Shown one piece after another: positions 1 through 12,200 of a stretch of DNA of 64,000 nucleotides. The stretch comes from Macrostomum lignano (Eukaryota): positions 186,001 through 250,000 of the forward strand of contig NIVC01001343.1 in the NCBI GenBank assembly GCA_002269645.1. The letters are read 5' to 3'. A program made the translations under genes and the position numbers. Numbering within the stretch: the stretch's first letter is position 1; each line of letters starts with the position of its first letter. The notes beneath the pieces were generated by a model. That model had not been told where the DNA came from and did not search any database. It was given only the letters and a program-made list of their open reading frames with translations.

Positions 1-2217
1 TCAGGCACACGCTCACACACACGCTCACACAGGATGTACAGCGGCCCTGACTCTATATTCGTCCGGCATGTACACTCTCTTGTGCCTTGGGGTTCGGCCT
101 TCGCGTGGCGTTTACTACTGAAGCTGCTCTGCTGCTTCTGCATATATTTACCTGTTCAATCGATTGAATTGAAGTTGGTGACGCAAGCACGATCCAGCAA
201 CACTGGTACGAAACAACATTTTTATATATTTATTTTTATGGATCCAAGCGACTGAATTGCTTGCATGATGCACATGTAAACTGGCAAAATAACAAAATGT
301 GTACATCGATACTTACTGGGTAAGTCTGTTCTGAATCAGTGACAGTTCTAAGTCGCGCGTTGAGTCGTCCAATCTTTGCTTTTCAGTTGCAAACAAAAAA
401 CACCTGTTGTCTATCTATACCAAACTAATTCGTTAATTCTAAGTAATTCGGTACCAAAAATTATTTCTAGGTTTAACTGCGTATGGTGAATGGTTCAGAG
501 AGCAATTTAAATTTCGAACGGAGCTGGCGCTTGCACCAAAAGAATTAATGCGCAGAGTTAAGAAAACGCACACCAACGCAGATTTTGCTATTGGAATTCG
601 CTGTTATTTTTGCTGTAGCTGGAACACTTCAGATACAAGTTGCGTCAACGCGGTTTGAAACTCGGGGGGTAGGGCGACTCAGGTTGAAGTTTTTATTACA
701 TATGGGGCTGAAAGGCGAGGCTCTCAACGGTTGGGAAAGAGAATGGGGGAGGCAGGGGGAGAGAAGTCAAGTCTCAGGAGTTGTGCGCCTCTTGCTGGTG
801 GAAATGCAAGTGCAAATAGCTAGGGCTTGACTGTCTCTCCCGACCCTTCAGCTTTGAGAATTTGCTGTCCCATTTCTGAGACCACGTGTGTGTGCATTGC
901 TTTTCAATCATGCTACTAGTATAACGTTTAATCCTACTGTATAATATCGCACACACGCGCCTCCTCTCTCTCTCTCTCTCCGTCTCTCAAAGCTCTGGAT
1001 CAACGCGCCGCTCACTATAGACTATGGCTACTTTGCAAGGTCGGGACTGCCACCACTCGATCGTATCTAAAAGTTTTTTTTTCTATTTACTCGTAGCAGC
1101 TCTCTCTGCATGTAGCAATGCCCCACCGTCTATAGGTCCGACGTCACTTATAGCTCTTCAGCGGAAAAAAAAATTAGAATGCAACGAAAGGGAGCTGGAG
1201 ATAGGGCATGACTCTTCAGTTATATTTCATATATCGATTATATTTTTAGCCCCGTGTTACAAACTTCGCATACAGTCTTATAGCTGCTGTTGAATCTGAG
1301 ACAAAGTTGCCACCGGATCGTTAAGCTAGGAGTATAGGAGTCAAGGCTTGCTGTGACGTCAAGGAAATAGCAACCCCGCGCGGTCAGTTTGTCACTTGCC
1401 AGGTTCAAGTTGAAGTCTACATGAGACGGTTCAGAATTAATTAGATTTGATCCTTATAAGCCGCTTGTACTCTAGACAAAATTCAGGTCAATGCTTTCTA
1501 TAGTGCTTACTGAATTATAAACAAGTTTTGTCTTATCTGCAGTTCAAGCAATTAAAACAACCAATTATAATAAATAATTAGATAAGTGCTTTATGGTGTT
1601 TAGCAGTTTAAATTTCAAATTTTAGTTTGCTGTTTTGAATGTAATTATTTTTCAAGCTCTGTGCACACCGCAGGTATAGGAATTTAACGAAAATGAAAAT
1701 TAGCTATCCGAATAAAAATAAATGATTTAAAAAGAACCGGAATGAATATGGAGTTAGAAACAAACGAAAATAACCTTTTAAAACTACACTTTAATACTTG
1801 ATATGTACCACACTATTAGTTCAGTAGTAAGGCTGTAAAAAACTGTATAGAAAATCGAACGAATATTAATAAAACAAATATAGAAATAAGAAACGTTTGA
1901 AATTAGTCTTTTTGAAAAAAAATTGCCACGTTTTTTTTATCGGAAGCATTTGAATTGAAAAAAAACTTTTAAAATTAAAAGCAGTCGCTTTTGTTACTGC
2001 AGAACAAATAAAAGCAAGTAGGGAGGGGCCTATATTGGAAAAAAGGCCAGGATTAAAAAAGTGCATAAAAAGCAAATGAGGTTTAATATGGTATCGATGT
2101 TGGCCAACTGATTTAAGTCTGCATAAACAACTTACTTTCTTTTGTATGCTGGGATGAATAGTTTGGTAAGCAAAATCTTTGTTATACGAGCTACGTACTT
2201 CACAAACACTGGCTGGC

Positions 2218-3552
2218 TCAGTTCTCTCCAGATTGTTTTTCAGTAGCCAGTCGCTCAGCCTGCAGCATCATCTGCAGCACCGTGTCCAGCTGACGCGTCA
2301 ACAACGCCGAGAATTCGCCACCGCCGCCACCTGCCGCACCCAGCGGTTTAGATGGCGCAATGTTTCTAACGTTATCGAACGGATTTCGTCTGGTCAGTTC
2401 AACAGGTATACTATCACTCTTGCTACTACTACTTTTAGTAGCATTTTTATCCGCGTGTTCAATTGATAATTCTTCAGAGTCTGGCGCGTTTCCAAGAATC
2501 TCTCCGTTCAGCTGACTCAGCTGAGAGCGCAGAAACTCCGTTCTGCTTGATACGCACTCTGGCGATGCCGCTATGATTGCCCGGATCCACAGGGCGGCCT
2601 CCTCGGCAGAGGATGAGGTGAACACATGCCGCCTATTGGCCAGCCGGCAGCATGCGGGAATGTCCGAATCAACTGTCCAGCTGTCTGACCAGGTTATGGC
2701 AAAGCTGGGCGACTCTTCTTCGGTTTGATTGTCACCTGATAAAGCTTGGGCACCCGGTTCTGTTGAAAATTGTTGTGTAATGGAAAATGTTGATCAATAA
2801 TAATAATAATTAATTAAACCTGCCCTAATGGCCAGATGTGCAACCGACAGCTCAGCCGCAGCCATTGCGTGGCGCATCTGAAGGCTGCGTACGGCTGTTC
2901 AGTCCAAGGACTGGGCCGTCGCCACACACACCCTCAATTACCCCAGCTAATGCTGGCACCCATTTTACAGCTGGGTGAACTGAAGCAATGCAGAGTTAAG
3001 TGTCTTGCTCAAGGACACAAATTGTTCCGAGAGGGTCGAGAATCGAACCCCCGACCTTTCAGTCTCATGGGATATTGGAGGTTGACAGGCAATTCTCAGA
3101 TGGGAGATTGGAGGTTGACAGGCAATTCTCAGATGGGAGATTGGAGGTTGACAGGCAATTCTCAGATGGGAGATTGGAGGTTGACAGGCAATTCTCAGAT
3201 GGGAGATTGGAGGTTGACAGGCGATTCTCATACGGGAGATTATGGAATTGATTTTATTACCAGTGTCGCAGCGTTGGTCACTCTCGCTAAACGGCTCAAC
3301 CACGTGACCAACAAGCAGCAGAACGCCCCGAGCCTTTCGACTGTTAGAAGCCGGCACTCCGGCATCTGTTGGATCGAAACGGTACAGCATGTTTCCGCAC
3401 AGACGAAAGAACTGCCTTTTGGCATTAGCAGTTGTGTTTGTGCGGCATTTTGAGCACTGCTCCTGAGGCTGGTAGTATTGTAGAAAGCCCTCGCGACTGC
3501 TATGGCGAGTCTGGCATAGTTTGGCTACAGTTTTTTCGTTAATAAGGCGCAT
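2218..3552 (-). CDS. PHETA1: PH-domain protein, sesquipedalian/IPIP27 (PHETA/FAM109)-like, 2 exons, 269 aa
   Basis: Exons 3552-3261 and 2735-2218 join in frame across a GT-AG intron (DT-G-DNQ). The N-terminus MRLINEKTVA..EGFL..RQFFRLCGNMLYRF..GVLLLVGHVVE, then SFAITW..HVFTSSSAEEAALWIRAIIAAS..LRSQL, matches the PHETA PH domain plus helix as recalled. PLEKHJ1 is the alternative assignment. Confidence 0.65.
2796..3070 (-). mobile_element. tRNA-derived CORE-type SINE, 5' truncated
   Basis: The minus strand has a B-box GGTTCGATTC (3040-3049), then GTGTCCTTGAGCAAGACACTTAAC..CAGCTGTAAAATGGG resembling the MIR/CORE domain, then an (ATT)n tail at about 2796-2810. Confidence 0.75.
3075..3238. repeat. 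33-bp minisatellite, about 5 copies
   Basis: GGAGGTTGACAGGCAATTCTCAGATGGGAGATT in tandem, in the PH-gene intron and abutting the SINE 5' end. Confidence 0.95.
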
Positions 3553-5714
3553 TTTATCTATATATTATTTTCAAGGAGCTGCTGAAAATATTGTTTGATA
3601 GAAACAACAATGTTTCATTTTTTCTTTAAATAAAAGCAATTGTAAGAAATGTTTTGAATGTAATGAAAATATATCAAGAAAAAATGGTATGGCTAAATAA
3701 AAAACTCAATAAAGGCCTTTAACTTCAACGCCTCAAAAGTGTAATGTTGATATAGTATTATGTTAAAATATTTCTCAATAGGGGTATTTTAGCGATATCA
3801 TCCAAATCATGGCCTACTTAGATTAGCTGTATAATTCGACCAACTTGAATTTTATGCCTCCTAAGTAGAAAACGAAAATAAAATATCAGTATAATGATAT
3901 AAATAGATGCGAAATTTCCAAAAGAATTCTACAACTATTCATAGTAACATTTCAGAGAACTGACAACAAAAGAATTTTTAGCAGTATCTTCTCTTATTGG
4001 GGAAGATCAGTTTATGTTTTAAGGTATGCACATGAATTAAAAATAATATTCATATTTAACAATGAGAATAGTAAACATCCAAGCATTAGCATACAATTAT
4101 AAGCTACATATCAAGTTTCCAATTCCTTGCTTAAGAATGGCAAATACAAAAAGTTCAAGCCAAATTAATGCTAGGATGAATACAAATGGAATTTTAGGTC
4201 AAAACAAAGTTTATCGATTGTGAATCAGATTTTTTCACAGGATGCATAGTGCTATAAGAGATTAAAATTTATCGGAAGTAGAATTTTAGCCTGAACTCTG
4301 TAGCCTGAACTTTGCTCTATCTTTATATAGATAGATAGTAGTAGTAGTAGTAGTAGTAGTAAATTTGGCTCAGGCTTAAGGAGCCTGTTTTGCCAGTATG
4401 ATCCGATGTATTTAGTATTAGTTCAAAAGGTTAAATTTTTACACGAGTTACGATGCGAGTTACGATATTTATAAAAGTATTGTCATGTATATTGAAAGAC
4501 CGTCTAGAGTTTTTTGAAACGGTTTTCCAGCAGATTAACGACTAACGCCAGAATAACAAGATTCTGAGCAGGGAAAAATAAAAAATCAATGTCGTACATG
4601 TATATATATGACCTTAAAGCAAAACGATTCTTCTAGAATTCGATTCAGAAAAGGTAGTTAGATATTAACAAATACAACAAATATCGAGTATAATTAAGGG
4701 TAGCTCTACAATAATAGGCGATAGGCGAATAGGCGATAGATTCTTGGAAGTAACTGCATTTAAACTAATTTACATCGAGAACTTCATTCTGTAATGCAAC
4801 AATAAAAGTCATTTAAAATAACATAAATATTGATAAATAAGTTTAGATTCATATTTTTCTTAACTAGTTACTCATCAATAGCAACTGATGTCTCAAGTTT
4901 TGTTTAAAGTCGTTTAGTTTACGCAAAGAGTTGGCGGCATTTCAGCTTAAACCAAAATAAGTGTTTTTAGTTAAATTGGATCAACAGACAACAGTATTGT
5001 CATAATATTATTTAATATTGAATGTAACTTGCAGTTTAAACAGACCTATCAAAATATTTACTTCTGCATTATAACACGCAGAACAGTAGTATAAGTATAC
5101 ACCATAGTTTATCATGCCTGTGAAATGCAATCCTGATCCTATCCTATCCATTCGAAAAAATGTGGGTCCTGACTCCTGTCCAGTCCTGTCCAACCCTTAA
5201 ATTCTAAATTCTAATTTATAATAAACATATCTTATCATTATCCCTATATTTGCATTTAGCATTTTCCCTTTTTAAGTTTATAATTGGCTAGCCAGGCCAG
5301 ATCTATTTTATTTGCTCTATTTATATTTTAACTTAATTTATTTCTTTTCTAGTAGTCAGTGTCAAGTAAAAAAGCATAAAGTAATTTAGTAAAAGTAGTC
5401 ATTCTTTCAGGCATATTCATTAATAAAATAGAATGCATGGTTGACTTTAGAGCACAAAGTTACAATCATATGATTAGTTTAAATATTTCTATATATATGA
5501 ATAAATATTTTATATCTTGTTTTATATAAATAAATTGACTCGGGCTAACTATTGCCATAAGAAAGTAGACATTTATATTGATTGAATTTTGGAAAATTCT
5601 TTAGACTCTATACACCTAAAACTAAAAGTATGCAAAAAATCGTATTATAATTTTCTATCTAATTTAGAAATTGATAATAAATATAATGAATAAAGTATTA
5701 GAACTTGATATTAC

Positions 5715-6455
5715 AATATATCCCTTCTTTTTTCCTCTCCTATCTCTTCTCCCCTCTTCTTCCTTACTCTTCTTTATCCTCTCCTTTTTTCTCTCTTCTC
5801 CCCTCTTCCCTCTTCTTTTCTCTCTCCCTTCTGGTCTCTTATCTCTTCTTTTTCTTCTTTTCTCTCCCTTCTCTTCCCCCTTCCCTCTCCTCTCCCCTCT
5901 CCTCTCCCCTCTTCCCTCTCCCCTCTTCTCTCCCTCTCCTTTCTTCCCGCTCCCCTCTTTTCTCCCTTTTCCTCTCTTCCCTCTCCCCTCTTCTCTCCTT
6001 TCTTCCTGCTCCCCTCTTTTCTCCATTTTCCTCTCTTCCCTCTCCCCTCTTCTCTCCTTTTTCCCCTCTTCCCTCTCCAATCTTAGATCTTCCCCTCTCC
6101 TCTCATCTCTCCCCTCTTCTCTCCCCTCTCCCCTCTCCCATCTCCCCTCTTCCATCTCCCTTCTCTCTCCTCTCTCTTCTTTCCCCTCTCCTCCCCCCTT
6201 TCCCATCTCTCCTCCTATCTCCTCTCTCCCCTCTGGCCTCTCATATATCTTCTCCCCTCTCCCCTCTCTTTTCTTCTATCTCTTTTCCCTCTCCTCTCAT
6301 TTCTTCCATCTTCCCCCCTCCTCTGCTATCTCCTCTCTCTCTCTCTCCCTTTTTTCCCCTCTCCCCTCTCCCTCTCCCTCTCTCTTCTCTCCTATCTCCC
6401 CTCTCCTCTCCCCTCCCCTCCCCTCTCCCCTCTCCTCTCGTCTCTTCTCTCCCCT
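5715..6455. repeat. CT-rich low-complexity tract
   Basis: Almost pure polypyrimidine on the + strand. Confidence 0.95.
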
Positions 6456-6893
6456 CGGTACTTATCAAGATCTTGTGTGAGAGTGATGGCCTGCTCATCA
6501 GGTTGGTTCCTAAGAATATTGAGCAGCAAAAGCCTCGTAAATTGTTTGTACAGTCTAGACTTATTTAAGATTTCCTTTTAAATAGTCTAGAGTAAAAAAG
6601 GAACTGTTGTTCAATTTAAATTTATTATAAATTGATAGATTTGTCTTACTTACATATAGCACAAGAAATTGCCATATGTCCAATATTTCTTTTAAAAGTA
6701 TTATAGTTTGATTTCTGACAAGGTAATGTATGCATTTTCTTTAGATATTTTAAGCAATATTACCTAAGTATATTATTGTTTTATATTCAGTTTTTCTCTA
6801 ATTGCATTTTATGGGCTTATTTAATAGATAGCTTGCTTTGAAAAACCTTGACGTCCAAAATAGACTACTTAGGCACAATCAAAGAACAGTAGT

Positions 6894-9075
6894 ATGCTAG
6901 CAATGGACGAATCAATCCCAGTCGCTTCGGGCCCATTCAGCGCCCTGACACCTTCGATGCGACCGCAGGAATTCGCCAATCTCAGCGTCGATTCCGTACG
7001 TTTGCACTACTGCTCATTTAGATGTCATAAGTAGTATCTCATTGAAACGAATTGTATTAATTATATTGTTATAACCTGAAATATTTTTAGAGCGAACAAT
7101 CTGATGGGGAGCTGGATTATAATTATGATGAATTTGGGTTTCGCATTGAAGAGGATGGTGAGTTTCCCATATCCCCATCTGTATCTTTCCCATCCATCTA
7201 TGTCTTCTCTATATCCCCATCTATATCTTCCCCATATTACCATCTATTTCTTCTCCATATCCCCATCTATATCTTCTCCATATCCCCATTTTAGCTTCCC
7301 CATGAACCTATCTATATCTTCCCAATATCCCCATTTTTAGCTTCACCATATCCTTAACTTTCTTCCCCATATCTTCAGCTATTTCTTCCTCGAATTTTCA
7401 TCGTTCTTCCCCATTTATTACATTTTCTTTGATTTCTCACGAAGTTTTTCCCCTCCTCAACCGTAAATTTCCCAGCAGTTTGCTAAATTTTCAACTGCTG
7501 CAAAATCTTAGCAGTTAAAGCAGATAACCGTAAAATAATTAATTGTTTTCTTTTCGCGCTGGCAGACACTCTGGAGTCCAGCGCAGCCGCCCAGTCCAAC
7601 GACAGTCAGCAACAGCAGCCAACTCCATTTGTTGAAGACCCAGCCGAACGATTGAAATGGACCAACTTTCTCGAATTGACCTACGCTTCATTTACAAAGG
7701 ATACCGCCTCCTCCTCAGCATCCAGCCTTGGTGGCGCAGCCGGTGCTGAGTCGATTTCATCTGCCTCATCGTTTCTATCGACATCCGCCACTGTGTCGGC
7801 TGGTTCCCCGGCCACCGAGCTGCCATTGAAACTGCCGGTGACAGACAAGCTGAAAAGCATGGTGAGGTCCGGTGTGCCGCATTCGTTGCGCGGCCCGGTC
7901 TGGCTTCGACTCAGTGGAGCTTTGGAGAAGAGAAGAAAATCTCCAGTTAGTTATAACGAAATTGTTAAAGAGAGCTCGCAGGATACTTTGGCTACGTCGA
8001 AGCATATTGAAAAGGTGAGAAAACTTGTTGCTATGGTAACATGAATCCAAACTTGTTGCTATGGTAACATGAATCCAAACTTGTTGCTAATGGTAACATG
8101 AATCCAAACTTGTTGCTAATGGTAACATGATACAAACTTGTTGCTATGGTAACATGAATCCAAACTTGTTGCTATGGTAACATGAATCCAAACTTGTTGC
8201 TAATGGTAACATGAATCCAAACTTGTTGCTATGGTAACATGAATCCAAACTTGTTGCTATGGTAACATGAATCCAAACTTGTTGCTAATGGTAACATGAA
8301 TCCAAACTTGTTGCTATGTTAACATGTATTCAAACTGGTTGCTATGGTAACGCGATTCCCAAACAGTTGCTATGGTAACGAAAATTCCAAATCGTTGCTA
8401 TGGTCATGTAAATCCCAACTGGTTGCTATGTTCACGTGAATCCCAACTGGTTGCTATGGTAATGTAAATCCCAACTGGTTGCTATGGTCACGTGAATCCC
8501 ATCTGTTTGCTTTGGTAACGTGAATCCAAACATATTTCTATGGCAACGCAGACGCAGTTGATTGCAAATGGTTTCTATGTGTCGCTTTGATACCATATTG
8601 GTTGCTATGTGGATCAGTCAGTCCAGTTGCTATGCAACTAAGTTTCGAGCATTTCATGCAATGTGACCTTGATACCTGATTCTATATTGTTAATCTTAAA
8701 AATAGCCACCCCCACTCTCGCATAATTAGGACCTGCTTCGCACTCTGCCATCGAACGTGTGCTTCAGTCACGCTTACAGCACCGGCGTGCCCAGGCTGCG
8801 TCGAATACTTCGGGCTCTGGCCTGGCTCTACCCGGACATTGGCTACTGCCAGGGCACCGGGGTGGTGGCAGCCACTCTGCTGCTGCTTATGGAAGAAGAG
8901 GACGCGTTCTGGCAGATGACCACCATCATTGAAGACTACTTGCCTGCGTGCTACTATACCAGCACCCTGCTTGGGGTGCAGGCGGATCAGAGAGTGCTGC
9001 GGGAGCTGCTGCCCGAATGTGCACCTGATATTGATGCTCTGCTGCGAGAGCACGATATTGGTGAGTAGCAGCAGC

Positions 9076-9121
<46 letters not shown>

Positions 9122-9168
9122 ATAGTAGTAGTAGCAATAGTAGCAGTAGTAGTAGTAGCAGTAGTAGC

Positions 9169-9202
<34 letters not shown>

Positions 9203-12200
9203 ATAGTAGTAGTAGCAATAGTAGCAGTAGTAGTAGTAGCAGTAGTAGTAGTAGCAGTAGTAGTAGTAGCAGTAGTAGTAGTAGAAGCAGTAGTAGTAGT
9301 ATTGAAGTGTAGTAGTATTGTAGCAGTATTTTCAATTGATTTCGATTCTTGGAAATCTATTTCAGTTAGAATCCTTCGTTTTCTGAAAGTTTGCTTTACT
9401 CGTAAATGTAAGAGTGATTAAAAAATTGCTTGCTATAAAGTATTGAACTTCCTTTTCTGGAGCAAAAGTTTTTATTTTCGTACTTTTTGGCTGGCACTTT
9501 AATGGTTAGGTCGTAGTGTGAGCGATTATAACTCATTGATGTATTAAATTTCCTGTGGCATTAATACGCTTTAAAATAGTGCTATTAGGTTACTGTCAGT
9601 CAGAGAAGGGGTTTAGTTAGCTGCAAGTATTTATTCAGTTGTGTGACCTGAAAAAAATCCAACTCTTTTACTTAAGTCTACTCTGGAAAATCCCAGTTGA
9701 GTTAAGCTGTTCTTAGTTGACTCGGGAACTGGATTGTGTGTGGGCGTTGTGCGTTAGAGCTAACTGGCAAGGTGACATTGTTAGCTGGCAAAATGGCATT
9801 GCTAGCTGATAAAATGGCATTGCTAGCTGATAAAATGGCATTTCTAGCTGATAAAATGGCATTTCTAGCTGATAAAATGGCATTGCTAGCTGATAAAATG
9901 GCATTGCTAGCTGATAAAATGGCATTGCTAGCTGATAAAATGGCATTGCTAGCTGAAAAAAAAGCATTGCTAGCTGATAAAATGGCATTGCTAGCTGATA
10001 AAAAGGCATTGCTAGCTGATAAAATGGCATTGCTAGCTGATAAAATGGCATTGCTAGCTGAAAAAAAAGCATTGCTAGCTGATAAAATGGCATTGCTAGC
10101 TGATAAAAAGGCATTGCTAGCTGATAAAATGGCATTGCTAGCTGATAAAATGGCTAGCTGATAGCTGATAAAATGGCTAGCTGATAGCTGATAAAATGGC
10201 ATTGCTAGCTGATAAAATGGCAGATCTGACCATATTCGCAACTCAAAATTAACCTAAGTATGCTCAACCCCACCCTCAGAGCTGTCACTCATCACTCTGC
10301 ACTGGTTTCTCACTCTCTTCGCCGGTGTACTGCCGGTACGGATCCTGCTGCGAGTGTGGGATCAGTTCTTCTGCGAAGGCTCTATAGTGCTGTTCCAGAC
10401 TACGGTGGCCATTTTGAAACTGCATGTAAGCTTTTGTACTCCTGTTTCTCACGTTTTATGTGAGGCATGAGATCTGAAGCTAAAATGGTGTGATTTGAAG
10501 CCTCAAGAATGAGATTTGAAGCTAAAAGGATGAGATTTGAAGCCTCAAGGATGAGATTTAAAGCTGAAAGGATGAGATTTGATTGAAGCTTAAAGGGTCA
10601 GATTTGAAGCCTCAAGGATGAGATTTGAAGCCTCAAGGATGAGATTTGAAGCTGAAAGGATGAGATTTGAAGCCTCAAGGATGAGATTTGAATCTGAAAG
10701 GATGAGATTTGAAGCTGAAAGGATGAGATTTGAAGCCTCAAGGATGAGATTTGAAGCCTCAAGAATGAGATTTGAAGCTAAAAGGATGAGATTTGAAGCC
10801 TCAAGGATGAGATTTGAACCCTCAAGGATGAGATTTAAAGCTAAAAAGATGAGATTTGAAGCTTAAAGGATGAGATTTGAAGCTGAAAGGGTCAGAGTTG
10901 AAGCTTAAAGGATGAGATTTGAAGCTGAAAGGGTCAGAGTTGAAGCTTAAAGGATGAGATTTGAAGCTGAAAGGGTCAGAGTTGAAGCTTCAAGTATGAG
11001 ATTTGAAGCTAAAAAGATCAGAGCTGAAGCCTCAATGATGAGATTTGAAGCTGAAAGGGTGAGATTTGAAGCTGAAAGGGTGAGATTTGAAGCTGAAAGG
11101 ATGAGATTTGAAGCTGAAAGGATGAGATTTGAAGCTGAAAGGATGAGATTTGAAGCCTCAAGAATGAGATTTGAAGCTACAGAGATGCAACTGGTAGGCT
11201 AAAGTGTAGAATAGTAGCAAAGGAATCAGAACAGCTAATATTGTTGCAAATGTTCAATAGGCTCAAAACTTCAGAAAAAAATCTGATCTCAAGTTCAGTT
11301 AGTTCACAAGATCCTTGAAGGCGGCAACACAGGTTGTTAACCCGATTTTCAACTTTTTATTGCCCAAAGGTCATAATATTGTTTTATAACCCCTACCGCG
11401 GTTTGTTCCTTGAGATTTTTATGGCCAGAAAACCAAAAACATACATTTGTAATATGACTTCGTCGTTTAGGCATGAAAATTAGATTTTTCCGAGCTACTG
11501 AAAGTAGTGTAGTTTTAGTAATTTTTCTTTCTCTAAGGCTCTACCGCTAAACAATAAAGCGGGTATATTGTGTGGGTGAAATTTATTTAGCTTAGTTTTC
11601 TTTCTCTTGGAGTAAAGTCAGCTATACTGGCAGATAAAACAGAGACAGATACTCGTACTAAGAGCGGAAAGAGAATGGGGATTAAGGAGTTGAGGGAATT
11701 TTGTCGTCACCGTGTGTTTGTACTTTCGCGCATGTGTAGGGAGTGGGCGGTGAAGTGTGAGACGAGCTGCCAGTACAGAGCAGACCAGCTCAATTCCGGA
11801 GAATATAATCTATATAAGAAGAGGTCTGCTAGAAGAAGAAAACCTTTCTATTCTGTTCATTCATTGATTACCAGGAAGCCGAGTTGAAAAGTTTAGAAAA
11901 CACGGCAGAGATTTTCAACTGCTTGTCCTCGGCCCCGACAAGAATAGGCGATATCGACTGCCTGCTGGAGGCCCTGAACAGCAGAATCTGTCTGCCTATC
12001 AATCAGTCGACTGTGACAGCCTTGCGTGGTCGGTTCACCGCCGCCCTCATGGCTGATGAAGGCGGCATTATCAGCATCCATTCGGTGCCTAATTTGCCTA
12101 AACAGGTGAGGTTTATCTACCTTTCATTTGGGTTTGTCGTAAAATGTAATTCTAATTAATTAAGTGATGCAGATGCACTTTAATCTTGTCCAACCGGCAC

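Noticed and set aside
28-145. Possible first coding exon of a minus-strand gene leaving the window (MQKQQSSFSSKRHAK.., GTGAG donor near 30)
   Set aside because: There is no recognisable homology and the downstream exons cannot be seen.
3020-3070. tRNA gene
   Set aside because: Only a B-box/T-arm is present, with no A-box or cloverleaf. It continues into a SINE body.
5664-6568. Long Ser/Pro/Leu- or Glu/Arg/Gly-rich ORFs, also at 36262-37365, 41334-42596 and 55191-56085
   Set aside because: They arise from purine/pyrimidine low-complexity tracts that lack stop codons.
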